From Dimorphilus gyrociliatus (taxonomy: Eukaryota > Animalia > Annelida), in assembly GCA_904063045.1 (NCBI GenBank), contig CAJFCJ010000007.1:3169404-3233403 (forward strand): a DNA stretch of 64,000 nucleotides. The letters run 5' to 3'. Position numbers and translations under genes: made by a program. How positions within the stretch are numbered: the stretch's first letter is position 1; every line of letters starts with the position of its first letter. A model generated the notes under the pieces. That model saw nothing but the letters and a program-made list of their open reading frames with translations, made no database searches and was not told the DNA's origin. Positions 13,177 to 25,870 of this stretch are shown piece by piece.

Positions 13177-14739
13177 ATGGTAAAAACTTTTATTATATTA
13201 AAACAAAGTAGCTAGTTTAATATTTTAATTATTTATTTAGATTAATTAATTACCTTTATATAACATTTTATATGTAAAAATAAACTTTCTTTTATTTTTA
13301 CTAGACCGAAGTGAAACTCTCAGAATCCCAGCAAAAAGGTATGTTAATCATTTCCTTCTTCGAATACTAACATCCTTTATTTAATTCTAAATATGTAATT
13401 TTTCCCTTTTTTTAACTTAAGATAGTATATTTTAAAGTTAGAATCTAAGTGAAAACCCTCTAAATATCTTAATCTCTTATGCTTAGAAGAGGGGAGGAGA
13501 TCAAATTTCCATCGGCTAACCAAAAAGTTTATGCTCCTTTCTAGCATACTTTTTTCATTTATTGACCTTATTCCAACTCTTTCCGCTATATAGGAAGGAG
13601 AGAAGAGAAGGGATATGCTGGTGGAAATTTTTAATCTTCTCTACTGATTTATATAAGGCAAATGGTAGATTATTACGACTAGTTTCGAGTGTTATGGTCC
13701 AATTTTTAAAACTTATACATGTATTTGTTTATAAAAGGGGAAAGATAAGTTATAAAATACATCGGTAAATGTAAGATATATTGAAGAAAATTTACTAATA
13801 TTTATATAACATTTCTAAAAACCATCAATCCATACAAAAAGAGTTTAAGAATGTTTTCCGTTAAATACTTTTAATTCGTTAAAGACAATAAGAAAACTAG
13901 TTTGTATAAATAATTTTCTTGCCGTCTGCTTAAGTGTTTTCTTAGACAAGTAAACTTGTAGTTTCTTTATTTAATTCTATATATTTGGCGCCATCTAGCG
14001 ATATGCCTTATTTTTCTTTAGCTTGTCAAGACGCTTTCAATGCTTATGATAAGAGGGATCAAGGAAAAATTAAGACTGGAGATATTAGCGGAGCTATGAA
14101 GGATATTGGTCACACTATTAAGCCTGATTGGTTGGAGAAATTCGAAGATGAAATCGATACAGAGGGAACCGGCTTTATTGAATTCGAAGAATTTTGCGAT
14201 ATTGTTAAGAGAAAGATGCAAGAGGATGAAGACGAAAGAGAGTTGAAAGAAATCTTTAGGGTCCTAGATAAGGAAAAGAAAGGAGAGGTGAATACTAAGA
14301 GAAAAACAATAATAGTAATAGTAATAACATTAATAAAAACCAAACTAAAAACAAAAAGGTTGACGTAAATGAACTTCGTTGGATTTTGAAATCACTCGGA
14401 GATGATTTGACGGAAGAAGATATCGATGATATGATCGCCGACGTCGATACAGATGGTTCTGGCTGGGTTGATTACGAAGGTAAATGATTAAATAGTGATT
14501 TTAATAATTAAAAAATATTTTTTTGGTAAGTAAGGATATTTTTATTGTTTACATCCGTTTTATTTGTTTACCTCGTATTTTCTTTCTTTAACAAAAAAAA
14601 AGACTCTATAAACTAACAAAAAAGCTTATTCTGTTATGTATTATTTTTCTACGAATGTATGCATACATCTCAGAATCATATACAACAATCTTCTTATACA
14701 TTCTTTGCAGAGTTCTGTAAACTGATGATGTCCGACTGA
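13177..14739 (+). CDS. TnC: Troponin C, lophotrochozoan (scallop-like) type, 4 EF-hands
   Basis: ATG-only first exon (13177-13179), then exons 13305-13339, ~14022-14287, 14359-14479 and 14711-14739. EDERELKEIFRVLDKEKKG..LRWILKSLGDDLTEE..DTDGSGWVDYEEFCKLMMS closely matches remembered molluscan TnC. Site IV is a canonical EF-hand. The exon 2/3 phase is unresolved (see findings). Confidence 0.85.
13988..14000 (+). promoter_or_regulatory. CTCF-like motif
   Basis: GCGCCATCTAGCG. Related copies occur at 12543, 22087, 22117, 40083, 42229 and 45844. Confidence 0.45.
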
Positions 14740-15506
14740 AGTGCTAACCTTGAGCATGCACCGTCGACCTTGACCTCGACCACACGCTCTAATTTGCTTA
14801 TAAACCATTTTAATTGACGTGTGTGTTTTATTTGTCTCTTACTATATATATATATATATATATACATATATTTATTTATTTATTTATCTCTCTCTCTCTC
14901 TTTTTTCATCTATTTTTTTTACATTCATCTCTTCATTCTCCCTCACTCCATTCAATATTCATCCTTATCAAAATTTATCTTTTATTTTTTCTTTCAATCT
15001 ATTAGGAGTTTTATGAAATTATGTACCACGTCCTTATATGCTTGTATCTAGCCCTAAAATTAATGTATTTTTCAAATTTTCATTAGGCCTATTAGTCTAT
15101 TTTACGTAACGAAAACAAAAAAAAAAAAGAATACTTGACTTTTTTTAGTGTTCGTCTTATGTTCCTTTGCTTTCTTTTTTTACAGAGTTTGCTAAGCTCA
15201 TGTTGGGCGATTGACAAACTGCAGAGTGCAGGTTCTTCTAATAGTGTCAAAAATGTTAGAATGTTAAATAATTTCCTAAAAAACAAAACTACTAAAAACA
15301 AAAAGAAACAAACAAAACAAACAACTAACGGCATGTAAACGTATGGATGTATGATTATAGTCTTTTTGGTCTTTTACTGGGTATTTTGAAAATAATAAAT
15401 TTATGACAAACTTTTAGTAAATGCTGTGCTTTTTATTTTTATTTATTTTATTTTATCGTTCTATATACAAACAAATAAACAATTTATATTTATAGGCCTA
15501 AATCTT

Positions 15507-17372
15507 TCATAAATCGTCAAAAAACTTTTGTTTTTTCGTCTTCCTATGGGCTTTAACCTCTTCCGGTCTTTCCGTATTTAAATCGTACAGATGAGAAATA
15601 TTCCAGAATTTAATCTGAATAATTAGAAAGCAATTAGTTTAACGATGAATTTCTAGAAAATATGAATAATAAATTACTTTTTGATCGTGGGAGCAAGACA
15701 CTAGTAGATCTTGACAATGCGTTAAAGATAAACTTTCGATAGGAAATTGATTATGTTTGCCAACAATTTCAACAATATTATTAGGCAATATATTTACGGC
15801 ACTGTAATACAAGTATATTAGTTATATTTATAAATAATAATAAAAATAATAATAATAAAGTCTATTTGCATATTTTCTTTAATTTTGTTTATAGACTAAA
15901 TAAAAGTTGGCTAGACTTTTGTATATTTAGATAAGTATATACAGTATATAAAACTTTTTTACTCACCGTATCTTTCCATCCATACATCCGGTTACTATAA
16001 GATTTCTATGTATCGTTACTAAGCAATCAATAGACATAGGATGACCGGGAAATCTATCAGAAATATTTGACCATTCTCCTTTATTAAATATATTAAGAAC
16101 ACCGTCACCATCTCCAACTACTACTTTATCTTTATCCTATAGAGTTATACAGAAAAAATTAATAAGAGACTGTTTTTATAGTGTATTACCTACCTCTAAT
16201 GCGGTTATAGATAAAAATTCCGATTCAAATAGCTCTGACTGAAGTCTCATTTTATGCTTTTTAACATCAAAAGTCGTTAAAGTTCCTTCACCGCTAAAAG
16301 AATAATGACTTAACTTATTCTCAACTTTTCATTTCAATATTTATGGAATGTTTATATATTACGTAAAAAGAAAGAATATACCTTGTAGCGAGTAGAATTT
16401 TTTTTGATTCGTCTATGACCATATCACTTATAAATTCTTCGCATTCCTTCATCTCCATTACACTTTTTTGCTTTCTTAGATCCCATAACTTTAAGATTAA
16501 TAATCGTATTAAAAATTATTATTAATTCCAATCTATCTATCTATCTATCTATATATATACAATATATATATATATATATGTATATGTATATATACTTTTA
16601 ATGTTCCATCGTCGTCGCCGCTTGCTATAATATTATCATCAATAATACAAAGGGAGTATATTGGACTTCTGTAATCAAATTTAAGGAAATAAAAATAAAT
16701 ATTCAATATTTTTTTCATTTATTTCTCTTACTTATGAGACTTTGAGTAAGTATGTACAACTTCGTAGGTGGATGTGTCAATTACACACATAGATTTATCC
16801 TTAGAACAAGTTACAAATTTCTCTCCATTGGGTAAGAATCTAGATCTTCTACATGATTTCTTGTGATGAGTTAAGGTATTTAATTCTTCATTTTCTCCCG
16901 TTGTAGAGTATTTGAATCTAAATATTTATATTAAAATATATAATTTTATATATTTACTTATTATATTACAACTCACATTTTAACGTTTCCATCAATATCT
17001 GCAGTTGTCAGTATTTCGTTGTCTGGATGGCAGTCAACGTCCATCACCAGACAATCAAATTTAATATCTTTAGGCGCATTTCTCTCCTATTTTGAATACA
17101 ATTAACATTAGCTACCAATTGACATTTTCAATTACTTTTAAAGGTTCAACAATGTTAAGAAAAACAACTTTATCCTCAATTTGAAACACGTGTGCCCATG
17201 GAATAAAAGCAATTACTTAGCTATTACGTCATTTCTCGTTAAATATAGATGCTTTTTATTATAGGATAAAGTATTTAATATTATACTATTATTGTTATTT
17301 GCATCTAAAGTTATGACTATGTCTTAGATCTTATAAATTTTACAAAACTACCTTTTCCTTATCTTTCCCCAT
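15507..17372 (-). CDS. WDR55: WD repeat-containing protein 55; absent from the ORF track because all exons are short
   Basis: Manual translation gives HKKSCRRSRF, IASGDDDGTLK-LWDLRK, EEFISDMVIDESKKILLATSGEGTL, SDRFPGHPMSIDC, TGCMDGKIR-AVNILPN, VSCSHDQK-IKFWNI...FFDDL*. The start exon (MGKDKEK at 17372) is less certain. Confidence 0.9.
16530..16593. repeat. Compound (TATC)n/(TA)n microsatellite in a WDR55 intron
   Basis: Read directly. A similar compound TA/TATT/CT tract lies at 14843-14900. Confidence 0.9.
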
Positions 17373-18046
17373 GGCTCTTATTTTTACCAGTTTTCTATGG
17401 GAACCTCTAAACTACGGAAGACGTTCTGCTATGAAACAATTTACAAATATTCTCTAAAATATATTAGTTTTTACATATTTCTAGGAGCAAAGTAAATGAA
17501 TTAAACTATTTTTGCACAAATGTCAAATTAAATTAAGCAAATTATCTTTTAGACTAAAAAATGTAATAGTTGACTTGTTTTAAAACATTAGAAATTGTTA
17601 TTCATTTTGATTAAAAAATAAAAGTTATAGTTTTTGCACAAAATAGCAGAATGGAAAATGTTTTAGAGATAAGAGAAAATGTGTGAATTCATAACAAAGA
17701 TTAATTATATGAAACAAACTCTCCTGTTTCAAAAATAGCTTACTTAATTTAAATAGCAAGATAAAATTGTTTCGCTGCTTGGAATCTTTATTTTCTGAAA
17801 TAAAAAGTTCATACAAAATGATTAACATAGTAATTAAAGTTATTAAAAGTTTATTTTTAATTGAATTATTAGAATAGCAGTGTTAAAAAGGCTAATGTGG
17901 GTTAGTGTTTCGGACGTCCTAGAAATGTATTTGCACCGGAAGTTTTAAGAGCATTTTGCCCCTCACTGAAGATAATGACAATATACTCGGTGATTCCGCT
18001 TCCTTAATACTCCTATAAAGTGTCTCAGTTAATAATCAAGCGAATT

Positions 18047-19195
18047 ATGGGCGAAAATTATGTTGTTCTAAAAAATCCTATACTTCGCATTCCTTTTAGC
18101 TTATTTGCACCAATAACTGTTTCATTACCTTCATTCGGTCTCATCTTCTGCTTCGTTACAGCTGTGATATTTCAATTTAATCAAGTGAACTACACCGTTT
18201 GTAACGTAAGTAATTGATTTAGTTAGGGTTTAGAAACAACTTAATTTTCTTTCAATGAGCTGAGTTTTTTATAACAGGTAGAAAATGGCATACCTTCAAT
18301 TAGTGCCATAACCGGTATTCAACCTCAAAGATACTTTTGGCGAGTATGTATAGCTTTGCATTCAACCCCAAGATTTCTGATAGGATTTATGTACGTTAAC
18401 TATTATATGAACAGGATAAAGGTATTTATGTATCATTTCTTTAGAAAGATGACCCCAACCTTTTCCTTTATTATAGAATATAGCTTCTAAACAACATGGT
18501 TTTTACAAAGGTTTAATATGGTTTAATTGTATTATATATACGATAGAGAATGCCTGCCTTGTGCTTGTTAGTTATATCGCTAATGTCGAAAATTACCGTA
18601 AGTAAGAAAATGCAAGAAGAATAAAAAATTAATTAACGAATTCAAACAATCAATTTTATAATTAGCTCTCCATGAAAAACTCTTCGTAGTTTTTATGTTT
18701 ACGTCATTAATCTATGAATTAACGACCTTAATCCTATTTAAATGGAGTAATACAAACACCATGACGGAAGATGTAAGTTTTTTTTTGTATTACAAACGTT
18801 TTCTACTAGTGTGAAAGCTATTGGCAAAAAGAAAACAAACGAAAAGATCAATACGTATATTTTATAGTATTTTTTGTTTCCCATATAGGTTGAATGGTCC
18901 TTTAAATGGAAGAAAAGGTTTTTCCTCTTGATTATGATATTCACAGCCGGACTATTCTTCTTTTTTATCCGTCATAGATTCTATTGTGTTACAAATGGTT
19001 TGTTTTATATATAATTTACTATTTAACAACTATTTTTAACTTTTTTTTCCCTTTTGAAACATTTCAGCTTTCAGCTTTTTTTCAGCTTTTGAGTACGGTA
19101 TTGCACTAACAAACATTGCTTTTCATTATACGGCTGCAACAGATTTCGCAGGGAACTACTGGTATGTTGGATTGCCAGAAATCAAGAGCTATTGA
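18047..19195 (+). CDS. PGAP2: PGAP2/Frag1-family GPI-remodelling membrane protein, paralog A (6 exons)
   Basis: [72 protein letters not shown]. Confidence 0.85.
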
Positions 19196-19786
19196 ATTAA
19201 GTTAAATAGGAAATGAACATTCCTTTAATAGTACAAATTATAGATTTTATTTTATTCAAAGCTTTACTCATGTATACTCTTGTTTTCTTGCTATAATAAT
19301 TGCTTGTCAAAGTTGTTTACAATATAAATGGAATAAAACTGTGATATTAAAGATGTAGACAAACATCTAAAATAAAAAAAATTAACAAATTCTATTCAAT
19401 TGTGATTTGAGAAGAGAATTAAAGTCTCTTTATAGATTAAGCGATTGTCAGCGGTATGTAAACTCTTAATTATTCTTTTTCTACTTAATTATCTGTTTTT
19501 CTTTTCTTTTTCATTTTTATATTAGATTTAATAGTTTTTCTCTTTATAAATCTTTTAAAAATATTGGAAGAAAAATGAATCAAAATTCGTTCAACAATAC
19601 ATTTGTTTATCGTGACAAAAAAATTCGTTATAATTCATAACAAAATTATTTTCAACTGCAGAGCAACAATACATGAAATTCAAGTTCTTATTCGCTCACT
19701 TTGGTGTATATAAATATACATTGCGGAGAGTAGTAATCGAGGAAAAAGCGGTGACGAGTCATTGTTTCGTATTATTCGTTAACGAC

Positions 19787-21568
19787 CTAAGTCATATTAT
19801 ACTTTTTCATCTTTTCCTCCAACATTGCAACCATTTCGTCAAAGATTGGAACCTCTTGTTCGAAATCTTCAAGAGTTCTTCCAACGGATCGTTTCATAAC
19901 AGTTTCATCTTCTTCGAAAGCGAACGGTTCTTCGTCGTCTATTGTTAGACCGTTGTCAATTGGTTCTTTCATACATTGAAGTTGAGCAGGATTCATGAAT
20001 TGACGATAAAAGGCCATTAGATCATTTTCGTCGTTAGAAGCGAAAGGGCACTTAAAAAAAAAAACTAAATTAACAATAATAAATAAGAAAAAACAGATGT
20101 TATATATATTTAATAGTTTGTAAAAATAGAAAGAAAATTAATTGACTATTTGAACTGTTATTACCTTTTCAACTACAACAAACTCACTACCACCATTCCG
20201 TTTAGAATGTAATTTTGATTTAGTATCAAACTCGCTTTGATCACTCGATGCTGAACTATCTGACGAAGATGGTGGTGTTAATTTTTGCTTTTCGGCAACA
20301 GCCGGCTATAATAATAGATAATAAATTATTAATAATAATTCAAAAATATTAATATCAAACCTGGTTAGATTTTTTCAGTTCTGAGGCAGATTTTATATTG
20401 GCTTCTAAACCGAGTTTAAGTAAATTTACGTATGGTAAATCTTCTACAGACGGAATATTTTGTTGATTGTTAATATTTTCACAAAAGGTTGCAGGCTGTT
20501 TGTCAACGTTTCTTTTTTGTAATCTAGAAAGATATTTTCCAAATTATTGTTTTTTATTCATTTGTTATTAAAATATAAAGTATTACATTGAGTGCCAATC
20601 TTCCTCTTCGTCATCATCTATAGATTGGCCATTTTCCTGAAATAGCCCATTAGGTTTCAAGCTACCATCATCACTTGTAGGACTCTTAATGACTGTTTCC
20701 TCTTTTTGGCTTTTTAAGAATGACGGTTGTCAATAAAAAATTGATTAGATTAATTATGTAATATACTCACTAAGAGCGTTTGGCGTGAGGTGACTGAACA
20801 ATTTTTATAGGCTCGTTCTGCCTTTTCAAGCAACTAGCTTCAACGTTAAAATGATCTACTTTTAAATCGTCTACCAAACGTCTTGAAGACGAAGGAGAAA
20901 ATTGCATTTTCTCCCTGTATGCTACCTTAAGGTGAACGGTGCCCAATGGTGTACTAACAGAGCCAATTTGTTCTGTTCGAAAACTACTTCCCAAGCCACT
21001 AAAATCCGGCTCATCCATATAGAGTTTATAACAACACACAAAAGAATCAGGTCCTTGCTGTCTGCTGAGTTTGTAGGAAGGCAAAGTTCTCGTTAAGCTT
21101 ATGAGATTTTTTAACAAAGTAGTCAAGTGTTCGAATAGATTGAATGTACTTATGTTGTTAATATCCGATTGGGTATTAGACATACTAACAGAAAAGGTTT
21201 CTAAAGACAAGTAATCTTCCTGTTCAACAGTGGTCAAAAGCATTTCAACACAAAATGATTTGGAAAACAAGCAATCAACTCCCAGAAACGATCTTTCGGT
21301 TTCTTCTTTTAGGTCTGGCATTTCTTGCATCACTAAATTAAACTGAAACAATAAAAATGCAGCTCAATATAAGATCTATGGTTTTGCATTGTTATGATCT
21401 TACCCAATTGACCACATTTGTTGTATTATGCTTTGCACGCGTAGATAGTTTGGACCCACATCGCGACTGAATCACAATTTGCGTGCACGAGAATATAAAA
21501 TATCTGATATGCTTCTCTACTGTTTTCTTCACATCATCACTTACTGACATCCTAGGAGGGGTTGACAT
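19787..21568 (-). CDS. ATG13: Autophagy-related protein 13 (HORMA domain plus disordered C-terminus)
   Basis: TQIVIQSRCG..NW|FNL, LISLTRTLPSYKLSRQQGPDSFVCCYKLY, GSVSTPLGTVHLKVAYR, and C-terminal AFYRQFMNPAQL. Confidence 0.9.
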
Positions 21569-22342
21569 GATCAGTGTTTATCCGCCGAAAATAGAAAATA
21601 CGCGATTGATTTTTCAAAAAAATCGCGTACTATAGCAAGCAAAAATTCTCTTCATTTCAGCAAACATTTAGTTGTCAACAATCTTGGTCAGTGGATAATG
21701 GATCCGTACAAACAATAAGGCCAGAATTTAGGCGAGCAAACCGGAAATACGTCGTGGTAAATAGAGAGAGGACTTAGCCTGGACACGTGCCTCCACTCAT
21801 CAATGGCGCTACGTTTCATTCGACTGAACTGGTACCAGCCGTATTTCCTGTGATTTCGGTGGGAAATGGCAAATCAATCATTCTTGAATAAATCCTCATT
21901 CGTTATTTAAACTACTGTTTAGTTTAATAGATAAAATCTATTTATTTATTTAGAAAATACCCTTTTCTGAATTTTACAAGCAAATCATCGGTTAAATATT
22001 ATAAATAATGCTAATGAACACTAAGTCATCAGCATTTAAAATCATATTCCTACTTTATGTAATTTCGAAGAAATCGTACAGTCGAACAGAGATGGCGCAA
22101 CCTTTGATACATGACACGCTAGATGGCCATTAATATTTGAATAACATAATCTCTTATCAGTGTCTTTGATATGCTGTTTACACCTGTACATTATTTCTAC
22201 CTGATGTATGATAAGTGAAAAAAAGGTAGATTGATCTTTTAAAGAATTTTTTAAGGATTAAAAGGTTGACTTTTAAAAATATTCATTAAATTCTCTATTA
22301 ACAACTTATTGAATAGTAGTGGAACAGCAAGAAAAAGTAAAA

Positions 22343-23447
22343 ATGAACACTCCTGGGGGACATAACACTCCCGGTGGGAAAATCTACCCTATTCGCAAGT
22401 TCCCCTCAATGGCATCTGTGCAAACGTCGCATACGGTACAGACAATGGCCTCCTTAGGATTCCTGGCTCCGGGCCATGGTTTTGTACCAAAAAAGAACAA
22501 ACTGGAAAAGCCCTTTGGGCCATCTTTCAAGTAGTACTTTTAAAGTTTTTAACTTAAAAACAGTAGATAAATTTCTATTAAATGAAATTCTTTTTTCGGC
22601 TTCTTAAGAACCATAATGAATAGAACTGAAAGAGGCCCAGGAAAGCAATTTTTGACCTACGCCTACGTGTGTTTTGCTCTCTCCGTTCTTTGCTTTATTG
22701 GGGTTGCTTTGTATTTTGGTCATAGAAATGTACACCGAATGATGGTCTATAGAACTGAAGTGTTTGGTGCTCTTATGGTTATAGGTGGCATTCTTTTCTT
22801 TGGTGCCGGTATTAATTTTCTATATAAAGCTCGAGTGGAAAGCAATAGATGGAGAAGCTTTATAACAGTAAGTTTCCCTATTATGGTTATTCCTAAGGTA
22901 AAGTCTCTTTCTTCCTCTAGTTTAAACCGGAAGGAATGTTCACTGCTGCTGCTTCTAATCCAGCTTATGTTGCGGAAGAATCGTTAGTAATGTTTCTTAC
23001 TTCGAAATCAACAAAAAAAACTTATTATATATCATTTTAAATGTTAGCATGGAACTACAAACGGGGACGTTTGGCGAAAGAGCTATAACTCAAATTCCCA
23101 AGTCAAGAACACCTTACTCCAAGAACTCTAGATGGGGATCTCAGCCAAATTTACGAGCAGCAAGATCGATCGAAAGAGGTTTGGATGATCCAAAAGTGAA
23201 TACTGGAAGGCGTGCACCGCCTTACGATCATCTTCGAAATCTGGGCAGAAGTAGTCCCGCTTTACATCATATCCCAGAGGAAACTATTAGAGAACCTGCC
23301 ATAGAAGGGCAAGCAATACGAGGAAGGAGATATCAACCCCCACCTCATATGCAAAAGCATACGTATCAACCATCTCGGCCAGCTCCCCTGCCACCACCAC
23401 CACCTCCACCAGGAGCTTATGAGGAAGCACCAGAAAGCGAATTATAA
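22343..23447 (+). CDS. Uncharacterised two-TM protein with Pro-rich tail ending ESEL (4 exons)
   Basis: Four phase-compatible GT-AG exons. Two hydrophobic helices: FLTYAYVCFALSVLCFIGVALYF and VFGALMVIGGILFFGAGINFLY. No family recognised. Confidence 0.75.
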
Positions 23448-24419
23448 CTATTCAATTAGTGTCTTTTACCTTTTTTAAGCAAACTTTATAAAATACTAAG
23501 AAAATAAAACTACATAGAAAGTTTTTAATAGTTTGATTAGCTTTTGTATTAGCCAGTGCTTAGATCTAATTAATAACGATCTACACACATTTTCGATCCT
23601 ATAGACAACATACAGGAATGTTTTCATGTTTTCATTAAATACAACAAGATTCACTGAAACTATAGCAGCAAGAATTTTCTAAGGTGGAATACTGCAACGC
23701 TTGGAGTACTCCTCCAAAGATTATTATTATTATTTCCTTTTAAGTATTATCAGAGATCTACAATGCTAAATTTCTTTCCTCTGCACAAACACAAACCAAT
23801 AAATTAATCTTACTTTCTGTTTAGTTTTTTTTTTTAAATTTGTTAATTTTTTTATAATATAGGCTATATATTACTCCATATTGCATTATTAATGGATTAA
23901 TATCTGTTTTCTTTTTCATTTTACGCAAACAATAAAGAAAAAAAATTAATAATAATAAGAAAGACAAAACAAACAAACAAAAAATACTTTAAAGAGCTTT
24001 CTTCTTTTTGACTAGAAATGATTTTTGTTCTTTACTCCATAATGAAATATTTAATGGATTAATTTTCTATGATTTTTCTTTTAAAAGTAACTTTTGTTTC
24101 TTTTATACGTTAAAATAAGCAAGATAATATCAAGAATTGGGGAGGGGAGAAAGGGAGAGCGAAAGAGATAAAATAGAGGGAGATTCCTCAATTGTAAAAA
24201 TAACGACTTTTTTGTTTTTGACTCTGCTTAAGAGATTGTGCACCGAACAAAGGCGACGTCCTATAAATCGGTAGGTGAACAAAAGGTAAAACAAAACAAT
24301 AAACATAAACTTTTGGGGTCGAATTAGAACAAAGTAACCCAAAAAATTCAACCACTACCATTTACGACTTAGTAGAACGACGCATAAATTTAAGATTTAT
24401 ACAAATTAGGGGCTATTGC

Positions 24420-25446
24420 TTAATATGCTGGCGCTTGGAAATCTCCGGTAACAGGCTGTTAAGGAGGAGAAGAGGAAAAAAAACATGAATTAATGGTCAA
24501 TTATTAAAGTAGATCTTGTTACTTACTTTCTGATCTTGATTAAACGTTGGCTGTTGATAAGGATCAGGGCCGGTATCACCTACCGGAGCTGGATATCCAG
24601 AATATGGTGATGCCGCACTATCTCCTGCCGGTCCTCCTTGTTGACTCTGATCGTATTGCGAAGCAAATGTTTCACTTATTCCTTGACGATAGCGTTGAAA
24701 CGCAAAGAACGTAATTCCAGCCTATGAATATGATTAGCTTGTCATAAGTTTCCTTTCTATTTCGTTTTACTTACAAAGCTGGCGATGGAAAAGAAGGAAA
24801 ACGCAATTGCCGCCTGAACACCCGATACACCATAGACTACTTCTTTCGTAGTTTTCCTCCAAGCGTCCGTTAAATAGCAAAAGCATACGAACCAAAAGAA
24901 AGTCCAAACGCCTATATTGTGTATAATTAATTTTTGAATATTCTCCCCAATAACTTTAAATAGGAATAGAGTTAAAAAATTATAACGAACCAGAAAATCC
25001 CATATCTGCCATAACAATGTATTTTCTATGCTGAACCGAACTTATAAAGTTCTCGAATAAAGCATCGAAAATTAAGAATGCGGTTAGGCCTAAGAATGCT
25101 ATTACACCGATAGCTGTACCGAATCCACAAGCATTTTTATCGTTGTTGTATTTGCAAACTTCCTCCTCCCAACCTTGTGAGGAAATGCAACCAAAAACGA
25201 TGATGGCGAAAAACTGAGAGAAAATAGAGAGAAAAAGCGATTGAAAGATAAAAATTAAGAAAAACAATCGATAATTGCCCGCTATACATTACACGTCTTC
25301 TTAGCTTAATTATAGCTTGTTTAGGCGCGAAAACTCACCCAACTAACTATTCGAAGGATCACTTGCGGTTTCTTAACGAAGGCCAACACATTAAATGCTC
25401 CACCCGCCATTCCAGCTCCGTAAGCTCCAGATGCTTTAGACTCCAT
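24420..25446 (-). CDS. SYNGR: Synaptogyrin (MARVEL tetraspan vesicle protein)
   Basis: GAYGAGMAGGAF..FVKKPQVILR, FAIIVFGCIS, CKYNNDKNACGFGTAIGV, FWFVCFCYLTDAW, QAAIAFSFFSI, and a Tyr/Gln-rich tail ending QAPAY*. Confidence 0.93.
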
Positions 25447-25870
25447 TTTGGATTTGTTGAAGTTATTATTATATCCTTACCAGTTTTCCCCGGGCCCTCT
25501 AAATACGGCCATATTCAACTGAGGAATATTTCGCGATACTTTAAAATTGTATGCTGATATTAGGAAATAATTCTTAACTACAGCTTTATAAAATCTTATT
25601 TATTGATAATTGTACTAGAAACTAGGTAAAATAATTTCATACCTTTTATAGATTGCTTTGAGATTATTACAAAAACTTGATTTAGCTTTAATACTTGACT
25701 TAATTTAATTCTCCCTATCAAGAAAACTTTAGATATTCATTCATTCAAAACAAAAATGAGCAAAAATTATAATATTATAATAATTCATTAAAATACAATT
25801 AACTGCTTAATATAATACAAAAAAGAGTATTTTAATTTTACAATCATTTAAATGAACAGATAAACTATAG

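Noticed and set aside
14814-15338. Several 63-80 aa hydrophobic ORFs in the ORF track
   Set aside because: They translate TA/CT microsatellite and T-rich 3'UTR sequence and are low-complexity artefacts.
21660-21900. Identification of the GC-richer block as U3, RNase P/MRP, vault, Y or U1 RNA
   Set aside because: Each match is partial: no U3 terminal stem or box A, no RNase P CR-I/CR-V, no B-box or T4 terminator. It is kept only as an unidentified candidate.
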